A stretch of 64,000 nucleotides of DNA, taken from Verrucomicrobiia bacterium. Its GTDB lineage: Bacteria; Verrucomicrobiota; Verrucomicrobiia; Limisphaerales; UBA1319. Where the stretch lies: the NCBI GenBank assembly GCA_963664225.1, contig OY760937.1, positions 4,032,001 through 4,096,000 of the forward strand, read 5' to 3'. Both the position numbers and the translations under genes were made by a program. Under the pieces are notes generated by a model that did no database searches, was not told the DNA's origin, and saw nothing but the letters and a program-made list of their open reading frames with translations. Shown piece by piece: positions 10,701 through 20,397 of the stretch (position 1 is its first letter; every line of letters begins with the position of its first letter).

Positions 10701-11015
10701 GAGGCTGACCGCAAGGCGGGAACGTTCACCATTTATATCGATGGCAGGAAGGATGCCAGCGGTCCCGGACTCAGGTCGGAAGCTTCCCTGGCCAACGACG
10801 CCAATCTTTATGTGGCAGGCACTCCGCAGGGTCATTGCCTAAACGGCACAATCGATTTCTTGCGCATCGCGCGCGGCACACTGGCTGACTCGAAGACGAC
10901 GATCGAAGAACTCTATGCGTGGGAATTCAACGGGCCGTTCCTCGACGATATGACTGGTCGGCGTCGGCCCGCAGATGGCGGATACGCGGGAGCCTTGGAT
11001 GGCGCCGCGCAGTAA
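7758..11015 (+). CDS. Large secreted protein with right-handed beta-helix (pectin lyase-like) domain and C-terminal LamG/concanavalin-like domain
   Basis: Signal peptide; G-x-D-x-NDG-x-S-x-x-x-PWK start; LARTPN and YLDSPGEFWFD motifs; Asn-rich coils; VNDGQWHH...IYIDG...GTIDFLRI; start may be 7812 or 7818. Confidence 0.75.
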   Translation: MKPHPIYSLEFHALRRGRMLMASGVAGLLGIGIVMVSLANAGESPARWSWQEPQAKVLPTGDIELVQKPFDFKPGSSIRYVDFDQGADTNDGLSKQSPWKHHPWDPNATDQAKTCKSSQTYVFKQGVVYRGELTANESGTPASPIILTRDPNWGVGSAVLSGSEVMTGWKKGADNVSIPERERVWYVDLDWAPRNVWMVGQDDAVTRVALARTPNWNITDPDDIKSEWWTWKNPDKPFDNYTTVKGQRRHLAFDRERINTNQPQDYYEGAIVWTTKGWVMGSPFQANVIAADREKGSLTFACQWGGEPSYKIIRGCKYYLEDKPHYLDSPGEFWFDKKGGGGRLYIRLPGDQDPNTVRVEVAKRVHMIESRGMSHVRVSGLTFRFPNIIWNLTAAPYWVSHESIDAEPGCVRLLGSGTNIMVDHCVFEHVHKGVRIKAVGSSDAIDKVAVEDNVFTDADSGGAEIGDGTTYGDVADPMGRLYDVRVMRNKFDHIGIRPDLFGKGGSLTVDYAATVEVAGNVFDRVCAQGVDVHGAKANDAATDRPFTRILIHHNKAVDTLLNVDDFGGIETWQGGPAYVYDNISGNPGGYRSWDHELNPNAENRFGHAYYLDGAFKNYHFNNIAWGKSKGPAGKLANTAAFQEIISYQNTFFNNTIFNFVTGSRRQAPQAGQVKFLGNIWQGMGYRVFRDADPARTAAAGNEADAGRRADEYAIDTDAYARNVFHDLGDEFGVLESSGRWIKTLPEFQKTLGNYKPLAAEVGIMADQPPLRDAAAHDFHPSTNSAARGRGAKVFVPWSLYETVGEWNFHPIQGDPTRILDDHWCMSAYYTGRDDYYKQPVYPLKGINIGLQDYQNGPLENWTTGALHFNGTNQYAVLGNEELGRTVNIDARGRSGSVKRTVSGAELSSPQIHTSNFLIEAFFKTAAGQTDAPLIQKMTTAGWSLDVNPSGGVTLKAKTTNATASLASRRVVNDGQWHHLIAEADRKAGTFTIYIDGRKDASGPGLRSEASLANDANLYVAGTPQGHCLNGTIDFLRIARGTLADSKTTIEELYAWEFNGPFLDDMTGRRRPADGGYAGALDGAAQ

Positions 11016-11095
11016 GATTAGAAAGTCTGCCATCAGAACAGCTCCTGTCCTGAAGGCTGACCCATTTCGTGGCCTGCTTCAGCCCGGCTCCAGTA

Positions 11096-12289
11096 TTACT
11101 GGAATAGCTGGGGCGCGAATTCGTTGAGGTATTCGCGCCAATTGATCCAGGTGTGGGCGCCTTCTGTTTCCTTGTAAACCACGTTGAAACCGTGCTTCTT
11201 GAACATCTCCACGGTGGCGCGGGAGGTCGCCACCAGGAAATCATCCTTGCCGGTGGCGAACCAGAACAACTTGAGGCCCTCCTTCAGTTTCGAATCGTCC
11301 AGCTTTGCCTTGTTCTGCTCTTCAAAGGTGGGACTGGCGGGTGTATTGGTGGCGCCTGGACGACCGCTGCCGGTGATGCCGAACACCCCGGAACTGTAAA
11401 CACCCAGATAACCGAACTTCTCCAAATTCGGAATGCCGATGTTCAACGTCTGGCCGCCGCCCATGCTCAAGCCGGCCAGCGCACGGTTCTTCCGGTCGGT
11501 GGAAACGCGATAGTTCTTCTCAATGTAAGGCATGATGTCCGTCATGAAATCCTGTGTAAATTCATCGACTGTGGGCCGGGGGCCGCCCGAACGAAACGCG
11601 CTCGTATGCCCGGCTGGCATCACGACAAGCATGGGCCTGGCCTTCTTTGCCGCAATGAGGTTGTCGAGGATGAAACCGGCGCGTCCGACCGAACTCCACG
11701 AATCGTCGCTATCGCTCGCGCCGTGCAACAGGTAAAACACGGGAAACGTGCCGTTGCCCAACTCGTAGCCCGGAGGCGTATAGACGTGCATTCGGCGGAA
11801 TCTCTGGAGCGATGTGGAATAATACGTCACCGAAGCCACCGCACCGTGCGGCACGTCCAGCGTGTCCATCCAGTCAACACCGGACACGTTGACCAGGCTC
11901 CAGATATTGTTGTTTGATTCGCTTGTGGCCGGATTGCGGGGGTCGATCACGGACACCCCATCCACATTGAAATTATACCGATACGCGCCGGGGTTGATGG
12001 GGCCGATGGTGGCCTCCCAGACGTCGTTGGTCCCTTTGGTCATCTGCGCGCCCTGGCCCAGGCCCGGGATGTCGCCGGCGGAGAGTCGCACGCTCTCCGC
12101 CTTGGGGGCGAGAATGCGGAAGGTGACCTTGCCTTCCGCGGTGACCTCAGGCGAAACCACCTGCGGGGCCATCGGCCCGGCGGCCCTGGCCGGTCGATTG
12201 GTGAGTTGGGCGAATGTCAACGATGGAAGGGCGGACGCGGCCAGCAAGGCCACTGTCAGAAGACGGCAAATGCCGATTCGAGTTTTCAT
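11096..12289 (-). CDS. Secreted CE1-like esterase with N-terminal CBM48/E-set-like domain
   Basis: VSPEV..VTFRILAPKA, YNFNVDGV..IDPRN, VYTPPGY, YLLHG, GLSMGG nucleophile elbow, GAHTWINW. Confidence 0.9.
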   Translation of the reverse strand: MKTRIGICRLLTVALLAASALPSLTFAQLTNRPARAAGPMAPQVVSPEVTAEGKVTFRILAPKAESVRLSAGDIPGLGQGAQMTKGTNDVWEATIGPINPGAYRYNFNVDGVSVIDPRNPATSESNNNIWSLVNVSGVDWMDTLDVPHGAVASVTYYSTSLQRFRRMHVYTPPGYELGNGTFPVFYLLHGASDSDDSWSSVGRAGFILDNLIAAKKARPMLVVMPAGHTSAFRSGGPRPTVDEFTQDFMTDIMPYIEKNYRVSTDRKNRALAGLSMGGGQTLNIGIPNLEKFGYLGVYSSGVFGITGSGRPGATNTPASPTFEEQNKAKLDDSKLKEGLKLFWFATGKDDFLVATSRATVEMFKKHGFNVVYKETEGAHTWINWREYLNEFAPQLFQ

Positions 12290-12565
12290 GATCGTAGTGG
12301 TTGCGGAATGATGATGCCGAATCCTGAGTGAATCACGGAGGCCTGTCCAGAAATATTCTGACAACCAAAACCGGTCTATGCACGGCAGTGTCGGCATTTT
12401 ACGCACGCCAACTGGTGTTGGTTGAACCGCCCAATGGGAATGGTGCTTCCATCACGCGGGTGGTCCACTGGTCGAAGGGCGGAATCAACCGGTTGAAATT
12501 GGTGATTTGAACTTGCATGGCATCCGTCGCTGGACGGTTCCCGCCAAACGGGTTACTTTGGTCGC

Positions 12566-13390
12566 ATGATGCTTGAAGACCACGCTGGCGACATTGTCCA
12601 AAAATCACGGAAGGCGGCCAGGGTGAACGCCGCCGTTGCGGCCCAATCCGCCGGGTTGTCCCTTGAAGAATACGAGGTTTTCGAGAGTACTGGCGAATGC
12701 AGCCACCGGCCGAATTATGAAGTGCTGGCACCCATGCTGTCGCTGCATCCCGCGCGGTTGGACGCCATCGCCAATGGCTGGATGCCTGTGGCGCCGGATA
12801 TTTCTCAGTGGCGCCAATTGCGCCAGATTTCCACCACACTGCGTGGAAACGCCGTCAACGCATATCTGGTTTGGGACGAAATCACTCGTGAAGCCGCCTT
12901 GTTCGACACCGGCTGGGATGCCGCACCCATTCTGGCCATCATCAACGAAAACGGTTTGGATTTAAACCACGTTTTTCTTACCCACGAACATGAGGATCAT
13001 GTGGCTGGCTTGACGGGTATCCGCGATCGTTTTCCGAAAGTGCGAATTCATTCCAGCGCCGCCACTGCGCCTGCGGATCAACGCAATCGTTCCAATGACT
13101 TCATTCAATTGGGCAACCTGCGCATCACACTCCGGGCCACTCCAGGACACAGTCCCGATGGGGTGACCTACCTGGTGGGCAATTTTCCCGAGGACGCCCC
13201 CAATGCGGCGTTTGTCGGAGACGCGTTGTTTGCAGGGTCCATGGGGCGCGGATTTGAATCCACGGAACTGCTGCGCCGCTCAGTGCGCGAACAAATCCTC
13301 ACCCTTCCCGAGGATACACTGATTTGCCCTGGACATGGTCCGTTCACCACTGTGGGCCAGGAGAAGGCGCACAATCCTTTTTTTGGGTAA
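12566..13390 (+). CDS. MBL-fold metallo-hydrolase (glyoxalase II-like) with N-terminal HTH-like domain
   Basis: THEHEDH, TPGHS, GDALF, ICPGHG; the N-terminal ~70 aa look like an XRE-type helical domain. Confidence 0.88.
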   Translation: MMLEDHAGDIVQKSRKAARVNAAVAAQSAGLSLEEYEVFESTGECSHRPNYEVLAPMLSLHPARLDAIANGWMPVAPDISQWRQLRQISTTLRGNAVNAYLVWDEITREAALFDTGWDAAPILAIINENGLDLNHVFLTHEHEDHVAGLTGIRDRFPKVRIHSSAATAPADQRNRSNDFIQLGNLRITLRATPGHSPDGVTYLVGNFPEDAPNAAFVGDALFAGSMGRGFESTELLRRSVREQILTLPEDTLICPGHGPFTTVGQEKAHNPFFG

Positions 13391-13458
13391 GCTGCGGACT
13401 GCCTGGATTCTGTAAGTTGTTCGTGAGCGTAGCGCGGAGATCCTGCACGCCCCGAGTT

Positions 13459-13498
13459 TTGTCACACGATTGTAACCTGCCCGCCCTTTGTTTGTCAC
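13459..13498 (+). promoter_or_regulatory. Pho box (PhoB-type direct repeats)
   Basis: TTGTCAC (13459), TTGTAAC (13470) and TTGTCAC (13492), in 11-bp phase, directly upstream of the porin-pst-pho operon. Confidence 0.8.
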
Positions 13499-13552
13499 CG
13501 GGGTCTCTTAGATATGTCGTTGTAGGCGAGCACAACAACTCAACACAACGAC

Positions 13553-14935
13553 ATGAAGAAGAAAAAAAACAACCAATGGCGGACGATTTTGGCAGGATTG
13601 GTGGCCACAGCGGGCTTTAGTCCCATGATCCAGGGGCAATCTTCCGATGCCCTGTTGGACAAGTTGGTGGATAAAGGCGTTTTAACGGTGAAAGAGGCCA
13701 ATGACTTGCGTGAGGAATCCGACAAGGGATTCAACCAGGCTTACCAGGTCAAGAGCGGGATGCCGGATTGGGTGACGAGTCTCAAGATCAATGGCGATTT
13801 CCGCGGACGTTATGAAAACATTGGGCCCAACAGCGGCGCGGCCGCTCCAGGTAGTGCGACATTCGATCAGTATATGGCTGATCGCAATCGCTTCCGATAT
13901 CGCATGCGCCTGGGCATCACGGCGACGATTCAGGACAATTTCGAGGTGGGCATGCGCTTAACTTCGAGCGAGCCCGCCAAAGGCGGCTCAGGCAACGGGG
14001 GGGATCCCATTTCCGGCAACACCACCATGAGCAACAACGGTTCCAAGAAATTCGTCTATTTGGATCTGGCGTATGGGAAATGGACTCCGATCAACGATGG
14101 GGATTGGACAACGGCATTCACCGTGGGAAAAATGGAGAATCCGTTTACCACGTCGGACATGGTGTTCGATGGGGATTACACCCCGGAAGGCTTTGCAGAG
14201 CAATTTGGCTATAATATCAACAGCAAGCATGCGTTGAAGTTGAACCTGGGTCAGTTCGCCTTATTGGAAGCAAGCACGAAGGCGCGGGATCCTTTCCTGT
14301 TTGGTTCTCAATTGCGCTGGGATGCCACCTGGACACCCAAGTGGCAGTCTTCGATGGGTGTGGCGGGCTATCTGCTCACGGATTCAGACCGCCTGCTGAC
14401 CTCTGCGGTTCCGGACCAAAACGCCGGTAACGAACGCGACGCATCCGGCAAGCTGGCCAACGCCTACAATCCCGTCGTGGTGGATGCCTCGGTGACCTAT
14501 AACCTGAGTTCCTTTCCGCTTTACAAGGGGGCTTTCCCCATAAAGCTCGGGACCGAATACATGAATAATCCCGCCGCGAAGAATGCCAACGAAGGCTATT
14601 GGGTCGGCATGTTCCTTGGAAAATCGGGCAAAAAAGGAACTTGGGATCTAAGCTATCGCTGGAAGGAATTGCAGGGCAATGCGTGGTATGAGGAGTTTGT
14701 GGATTCCGATTACGGCGCTTATTATTCGAGCGTCAGCCCCACTCTCCCCCGGTCCTCAGCAGGAGGATATGCGGCGGGCACAAATGTGCGCGGACACATC
14801 ATCAAGGCTTCTTACTCACCATACGATTCACTCACCCTGGCGGTCACCTATTTCCTGACGGAAGTGATCGACCAACCGCTTGCGAAGTCGGAACCAACCG
14901 GACGTTTGCAGATTGATGCCACCTTGAAGTTCTAA
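13553..14935 (+). CDS. Putative (phosphate) porin
   Basis: Signal peptide, LLDKLVDKGVLT N-terminal motif, GDFRGRYE, RNRFRYRMR basic strand, C-terminal LQIDATLKF; first gene of the pst operon. Confidence 0.85.
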   Translation: MKKKKNNQWRTILAGLVATAGFSPMIQGQSSDALLDKLVDKGVLTVKEANDLREESDKGFNQAYQVKSGMPDWVTSLKINGDFRGRYENIGPNSGAAAPGSATFDQYMADRNRFRYRMRLGITATIQDNFEVGMRLTSSEPAKGGSGNGGDPISGNTTMSNNGSKKFVYLDLAYGKWTPINDGDWTTAFTVGKMENPFTTSDMVFDGDYTPEGFAEQFGYNINSKHALKLNLGQFALLEASTKARDPFLFGSQLRWDATWTPKWQSSMGVAGYLLTDSDRLLTSAVPDQNAGNERDASGKLANAYNPVVVDASVTYNLSSFPLYKGAFPIKLGTEYMNNPAAKNANEGYWVGMFLGKSGKKGTWDLSYRWKELQGNAWYEEFVDSDYGAYYSSVSPTLPRSSAGGYAAGTNVRGHIIKASYSPYDSLTLAVTYFLTEVIDQPLAKSEPTGRLQIDATLKF

Positions 14936-14957
14936 TTTCCATTTCAACCAGATTATT

Positions 14958-15806
14958 ATGAAACAATTATTATCGAAAATCGCGTGCATCGCGGCATTGA
15001 CCGTCATGGCGGTTGCCTCACAGGCCGGCAACATCACGGCCAAAGGCTCGGATACACTGGTCATTCTGGCTCAAAAATGGGCCGAGACATATATGGGCAG
15101 TCACCCCGGGGTGACCATTCAGGTGACAGGCGGAGGTTCGGGCACCGGCTTTGCTGCGCTCCAAAACCAGACGACCGATCTGGCCAACGCATCGCGCAAG
15201 ATCAAGGCCAAGGAAATCGAAGCCTGCATCAAGGCATTCAGCAAGCGGCCCACGGAATACAAGGTGTGCCTGGACGGTCTGTCGATCTATGTCAACACCG
15301 ATAACGAGATCAAGGAATTGAGCCTCGAACAGCTCGAAGGCCTCTTCACCGGGCGGATCAAGAACTGGAAGGAAGTGGGCGGGGCTGACGCGCCCGTCAC
15401 GCTCTACAGCCGCGAAAACAGTTCCGGCACCTATGAGTTCTTCAAAGAGCACGTGCTCAAAGGCAAGGATTTTGCAGCCAGCGCGCAAACGATGCCGGGC
15501 ACGGCGGCGGTTCTCCAGTCGGTGGCCAAGGATAAGAACGGCATCGGTTACGGCGGCGCCGCCTATGGCGCGGGCGCCAAACATCTGCTGGTCAAGAAAG
15601 ACGCCTCATCCCCGGCCATTGAGCCGAACGAGGAAACGGTCATCAAGGGAACCTATCCCATCTGGCGTTATCTCTACATCTACGTCAACCCCGCGCTCGA
15701 CAAAGATGAAGTGGCGGCGTATTTGAACTGGATTCGCAGCGATGAGGGTCAAAAAGTGGTCAAGGACATCGGCTACTACCCTTTGCCGGCGAACTTGCGC
15801 CAGTGA
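14958..15806 (+). CDS. pstS: Phosphate ABC transporter substrate-binding protein
   Basis: KGSDT, GGGSGTG, ANASR, SRENSSGTYEFF, YPIWRYLY. Confidence 0.95.
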   Translation: MKQLLSKIACIAALTVMAVASQAGNITAKGSDTLVILAQKWAETYMGSHPGVTIQVTGGGSGTGFAALQNQTTDLANASRKIKAKEIEACIKAFSKRPTEYKVCLDGLSIYVNTDNEIKELSLEQLEGLFTGRIKNWKEVGGADAPVTLYSRENSSGTYEFFKEHVLKGKDFAASAQTMPGTAAVLQSVAKDKNGIGYGGAAYGAGAKHLLVKKDASSPAIEPNEETVIKGTYPIWRYLYIYVNPALDKDEVAAYLNWIRSDEGQKVVKDIGYYPLPANLRQ

Positions 15807-15850
15807 TTGCTTACCACTGATCCGCAGTTCCTCCTGCGATCAATGATGGT

Positions 15851-15885
15851 CTGGACGGCCCCGGTCTTTAGCCGGGTCCGTTCAG
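15851..15885 (+). promoter_or_regulatory. Intercistronic stem-loop between pstS and pstC
   Basis: CTGGACGGCCCCGG-TCTTTAG-CCGGGTCCGTTCAG hairpin with no U tract. Confidence 0.55.
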
Positions 15886-15982
15886 TAATGACAAGAACAT
15901 CGGGCTTTAGCCCAATATTAACGTGACCAACCGGCCCTGGCATTTTGCCTGAGGCCACCACATTTTGAGCGCAATATCTGAC

Positions 15983-17170
15983 ATGCGGCCCGTCGCTCCC
16001 CGGAGCCGGATCAACCGAACCCCGGGCTGGATGGGGATCAAGCGCGGGCACAAGGCCAAACCTGTTGAGTGGATGGCTGAGAAGATGATCTTTGGGGTGT
16101 CGCTCTCGGCAATCGTGATGGTCTTTTTGATCTTCGCGTTTGTCACCCGGGAGGCGCTCCCAGTCATCATGGGCCGAACCAACACGGCTGCGGCGCGTGC
16201 GGCACGTCCAGTCGGGGACATGGACAAAATGTCGCCGCGCGAGCTTCAAGAATATCTGGAATTAACGCCCGCCGAATTTGAAAAAAAGGACAGGGAGACC
16301 ATCAAACTTCTGATGGAGGTCAAGATCGAGGCGGGACAGGAATTGCGCGCGGACAAGGACTCTGAGATCAACACCTCCGCATGGTATTACATGCTGCATC
16401 CGTATCGCTGGACCGGGTATGACAAACGGGTTTCCATCTGGCAGCCTGTTTCGCAGATTGCCAAGTACAATATCATCCCTCTGATTGTCGGAAGCTTGAA
16501 GGTGACCTTTGTGGCGCTGCTTTTTGGGGTGCCCATGGCTTTGGGCGCGGCGATATATGTTTCTCAACTGGCCTCGCCGCGAGTGCGGGAATGGCTCAAG
16601 CCGATCATTGAATTGCTGGCGGGCATTCCTTCAGTGGTGCTCGGCTTTTTCGCGCTGATGGTCATGGCCAGCGTTCTGCAATACACTTTTGGCGCTCAAT
16701 CCCGGCTCAACGCCTTTGTGGCGGGTCTGGCATTGAGTGTGGCCATCATACCGGTCGTGTTCTCCATTGCCGAGGATGCACTGACCAGCGTGCCGCGCAG
16801 TTATACGCAGGCCGCTCTGGCCCTGGGCGCGTCGCGTTGGAAGGCGGCCTGGCAGGTGGTGTTGCCGGCGGCGATTCCCGGTGTTTTTGCCGCTGTGGTG
16901 CTGGGATTTGGACGGGCCATTGGCGAAACCATGGTGGTGCTTATGGCCAGTGGAAACGCCAGCATCCTCTCATGGAGCCTGTTCGATTCAACCCGGACGA
17001 TTACTGCCACCATTGCCGCGGAACTGGCCGAAACCGTATTTGGCGGAACCCATTACCGAATCCTTTTTCTGATTGGCTCCCTGTTGTTCATAGTGACATT
17101 TTTCTCCAACATGCTCGGTGAAATGGTCATTCACAATCTGAAGCGCCGGATGGAGGGCAAGGGGCAATGA
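15983..17170 (+). CDS. pstC: Phosphate ABC transporter permease PstC
   Basis: ELLAGIPSVVLG, EDALTSVP..AALALGAS, GRAIGETM; extended periplasmic loop; start uncertain (15965-16030). Confidence 0.94.
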   Translation: MRPVAPRSRINRTPGWMGIKRGHKAKPVEWMAEKMIFGVSLSAIVMVFLIFAFVTREALPVIMGRTNTAAARAARPVGDMDKMSPRELQEYLELTPAEFEKKDRETIKLLMEVKIEAGQELRADKDSEINTSAWYYMLHPYRWTGYDKRVSIWQPVSQIAKYNIIPLIVGSLKVTFVALLFGVPMALGAAIYVSQLASPRVREWLKPIIELLAGIPSVVLGFFALMVMASVLQYTFGAQSRLNAFVAGLALSVAIIPVVFSIAEDALTSVPRSYTQAALALGASRWKAAWQVVLPAAIPGVFAAVVLGFGRAIGETMVVLMASGNASILSWSLFDSTRTITATIAAELAETVFGGTHYRILFLIGSLLFIVTFFSNMLGEMVIHNLKRRMEGKGQ

Positions 17171-18120
17171 GCGCTTTTAAGAACATACACCGTTTCAGGG
17201 CGCGCCAATGGGATGCCATTTCATTTTGTTCCACCGGCCTTACTGGTCTGGCCACCATTCTGATCATCGCGATCCTGGCCGTCATCCTGGGGAACATTCT
17301 CATTAACGGCTGGCCGCATCTATCCTGGAAATTCATGGCGGGCGGCACAGAGAAGGATATGTTCAGCGTGGGCGGTTCGGGAGTGATGCCGATGATTTTC
17401 GGCACCGCGGCTCGAGTGATTCTCATGAGCATATTTGTCATGCCTGTGGGCGTGATCACGGCCATCTACCTGACGGAATATGCCCGCACATCCTCACCGG
17501 CCACACGGATCATAAGAGGAGCGGTCAACAATCTGGCCGGCGTGCCCTCCATCGTCTTTGGATTATTTGGCCTGGGATTTTTCATCAATTTTATGGGGCA
17601 AAACATGGATGAATTGCTGCGCCCCGGAAGTCAGGAGCCATTGTGGGGCAAGCCAGCCATCGTCTGGGCATCCATGACCCTGGCGGTGATGACACTGCCG
17701 GTGGTGATTGTGGCCACCGAGGAATCATTGAAGGCGATTCCCCAGGGATTGCGGGAGGCGAGCCTCGCTTTGGGAGCGACCAAACTGGAAACGATCCTCA
17801 AGATCGTGTTGCCGCAGGCGTTGCCGGGAATCATGACGGGCGCCATTCTGGCGATCAGCCGTGCCGCGGGGGAGGTGGCGCCGATCCTTTTCACGGGCGC
17901 GGCCTATTACATGGCCCAGCTTCCGCATTCGCTCACAGACCAGTTCATGGACCTGGGTTATCATGTCTTCATTTTATCGACCCAGTCCCCCAATATTGAG
18001 CAGACCCGCCCAATCCTGTATGCCACAGTGCTGGTGCTTTTGCTGTTAACCTTTGCCCTGAACCTGGTGGCGATTGTCATTCGCGCGCGCATTCGCGCGA
18101 AAATGCGCTCACTCCAATAA
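17167..18120 (+). CDS. pstA: Phosphate ABC transporter permease PstA
   Basis: [37 protein letters not shown] overlap with pstC. Confidence 0.95.
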   Translation: MSAFKNIHRFRARQWDAISFCSTGLTGLATILIIAILAVILGNILINGWPHLSWKFMAGGTEKDMFSVGGSGVMPMIFGTAARVILMSIFVMPVGVITAIYLTEYARTSSPATRIIRGAVNNLAGVPSIVFGLFGLGFFINFMGQNMDELLRPGSQEPLWGKPAIVWASMTLAVMTLPVVIVATEESLKAIPQGLREASLALGATKLETILKIVLPQALPGIMTGAILAISRAAGEVAPILFTGAAYYMAQLPHSLTDQFMDLGYHVFILSTQSPNIEQTRPILYATVLVLLLLTFALNLVAIVIRARIRAKMRSLQ

Positions 18121-18131
18121 CCATTTTTATC

Positions 18132-18953
18132 ATGGCTGATGCCACACTCCAAAACCTGGTTGTCAAAGACCGCAGCACTCCCAAAATGGAACAGGCGGGC
18201 GGGCCCTTCATCACGGTCGAGAATCTCGATCTTTTCTACGGCGCATCACAAGCGCTCAAACGCATCTCCCTCAATCTGCGCGAAAAAGTGGTCACCGCGT
18301 TCATCGGGCCTTCGGGCTGCGGCAAATCGACCCTGCTGCGTTGTTTCAATCGGATGAACGATCTCATCGACAATGTCCACATCAATGGGCGCGTGACTAT
18401 CGCCGGGGAGGATATCTTTAGCGACGATGTCGATGTCATCGAACTGCGCAAGCGGGTGGGCATGGTGTTCCAGCGGTCCAATCCGTTTCCAAAATCGATC
18501 TACGAGAACATTGCTTACGGGTTGAGGCTGCACGGCATGCGTGACAAGGGGGAGATGGATGCGCGTGTCGAGCAAAGCCTCCGCCAGGCGGCTTTGTGGG
18601 ACGAAGTCAAGGATCGCCTGCATGACAGCGCATTGGGGCTTTCGGGTGGGCAGCAGCAGCGCGTTTGCATCGCGCGGGCCATTGCGATCGAACCGGACAT
18701 CATTCTGATGGACGAGCCGGCATCCGCTTTGGATCCGATCGCAACGGCCAAGATCGAAGAATTGATTCTCGACCTCAAAAAGGACTTCACGATCATCATT
18801 GTTACCCATAACATGCAGCAGGCCGCACGCATTTCCGATGAAACTGCGTTTTTTTATTTGGGTGAGCTGGTTGAGTTCGATAGCACGGTCAAAATATTCA
18901 CGAAACCTTCCAAGAGGCAGACTGAGGATTATGTGACCGGGCGGTTCGGATGA
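18132..18953 (+). CDS. pstB: Phosphate ABC transporter ATPase
   Basis: [44 protein letters not shown]. Confidence 0.97.
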   Translation: MADATLQNLVVKDRSTPKMEQAGGPFITVENLDLFYGASQALKRISLNLREKVVTAFIGPSGCGKSTLLRCFNRMNDLIDNVHINGRVTIAGEDIFSDDVDVIELRKRVGMVFQRSNPFPKSIYENIAYGLRLHGMRDKGEMDARVEQSLRQAALWDEVKDRLHDSALGLSGGQQQRVCIARAIAIEPDIILMDEPASALDPIATAKIEELILDLKKDFTIIIVTHNMQQAARISDETAFFYLGELVEFDSTVKIFTKPSKRQTEDYVTGRFG

Positions 18954-19009
18954 GGCGTCGGATGCAGGCGAAGACAGGAATTTTAAGAAAAAGATAACCT
19001 TACACAGAT

Positions 19010-19696
19010 ATGCAACGGCATTTTGACCAGGACCTTTTGGTGTTGCGTGAAAAGCTGCTGACCATGGCCAGCCATGCCGAGCAATCGGTTAATTTGGCGA
19101 TCAAGGCCCTGGTGGAGCGCGATGACGATCTGGCCCGCCAGGTGAAGGCGGCGGACGCCACGCTCGATCGATTCGAGATCGACATGGACGAGTTGGCCAT
19201 CAAGCTGCTCGCCCTCAAGGCGCCCGTGGCCGGGGACTTGCGCCTGATCACCATGGGCATGAAAATCTCCCAGAACCTCGAGCGCGTGGGGGATGAGGCC
19301 ACAACCATCGCGCGCCGCGTGCTCATTTTGAACCAGGAGCCTCCGCTCAAGCCGTTTGTCGATTTGCCCAGGATGGCCGGCATCGCCGTCCAGATGCTTT
19401 GCGGTTCTCTCGAGGCTTTCATCAACATGAACACAGTATTGGCCCGCGAGATCATTGCCCGCGATCATGAGGTCGATGACCTCAACAAGCAGGTGCATCG
19501 CGAGGTGGTCAGTTTCATGATCGAAAATCCGCAGACCATCACGCGCGGTTTGAATTTAATGGTTATTTCAAAGAGTCTGGAACGCATTGCCGATCATGCG
19601 ACCAATATTGCCGAGGAAATCGTGTTTTTATGCGAAGGCCGGGATATTCGCCACGCGGCTCATCTTGCGGCCATTGAAAGCAACCAAACCTCCTAA
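19010..19696 (+). CDS. phoU: Phosphate signalling protein PhoU
   Basis: Two repeats with LERVGD and LERIADHATNIAE. Confidence 0.96.
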   Translation: MQRHFDQDLLVLREKLLTMASHAEQSVNLAIKALVERDDDLARQVKAADATLDRFEIDMDELAIKLLALKAPVAGDLRLITMGMKISQNLERVGDEATTIARRVLILNQEPPLKPFVDLPRMAGIAVQMLCGSLEAFINMNTVLAREIIARDHEVDDLNKQVHREVVSFMIENPQTITRGLNLMVISKSLERIADHATNIAEEIVFLCEGRDIRHAAHLAAIESNQTS

Positions 19697-19698
19697 GA

Positions 19699-20379
19699 AT
19701 GAAATCGAAAATATTGGTGGTGGATGATGAGCCAGATGTCGTTGAGCTGGTCGAGTTCAATCTTCGCAACGCGGGCTTCGATGTCATTACCGCCGAGGAC
19801 GGGGAGGCGGCCCTTAAGAAAGCCAAAAGCTCCGCCCCCGATCTGCTTGTTCTCGATATCATGCTGCCCGAAATCGATGGTTTCGAGGTGTGCAAACTGC
19901 TGCGTCGCGATCCCGCCACCGCCAAGATCCCGATCATCATGCTTACGGCCAAGGCTGCGGAGATCGACCGCGTCCTCGGACTCGAGTTTGGCGCCGATGA
20001 TTATTTGACCAAACCCTTCAGTCCGCGTGAATTGATTCTGCGCATCAAGAAACTCATCCAGCGCAAAACCGGGGAGGCTGAAAAGGCCGAGCAATATCGA
20101 GCCGGCGCCCTGACGCTGGACACCGCGCGGCATATGGTGGCCGTCAACGACGAGCCGGTGGTTCTGACCGCCACGGAGTTCAATCTGCTCCTGATCCTCG
20201 TTCAGCGGCGCGGGCGCGTCCAATCCCGGGATCAGCTTTTGCGAGATGTCTGGGGTTATGACCGGATCGTCGATACGCGCACCGTGGATACGCACATGCG
20301 ACGTCTGCGTGAAAAGCTGGGTCCGGTCTCGGAATTTCTGGAAACAGTGCGCAATGTCGGCTATCGGTTTACTGAGTGA
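19699..20379 (+). CDS. phoB: OmpR/PhoB-family response regulator
   Basis: VVDDE, LDIMLP, GADDYLTKPFS, RTVDTHMRRLR, TVRNVGY; pst context. Confidence 0.9.
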   Translation: MKSKILVVDDEPDVVELVEFNLRNAGFDVITAEDGEAALKKAKSSAPDLLVLDIMLPEIDGFEVCKLLRRDPATAKIPIIMLTAKAAEIDRVLGLEFGADDYLTKPFSPRELILRIKKLIQRKTGEAEKAEQYRAGALTLDTARHMVAVNDEPVVLTATEFNLLLILVQRRGRVQSRDQLLRDVWGYDRIVDTRTVDTHMRRLREKLGPVSEFLETVRNVGYRFTE

Positions 20380-20397
20380 GGCTTGGCCTTGTCCGAT

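Noticed and set aside
12430..12490. Cobalamin-riboswitch-like words (GGGAA…GGTG, CCACTG…GAAGG)
   Set aside because: The core GCAACTGT and AGYCAG-AGACC elements are absent and the spacing is wrong.
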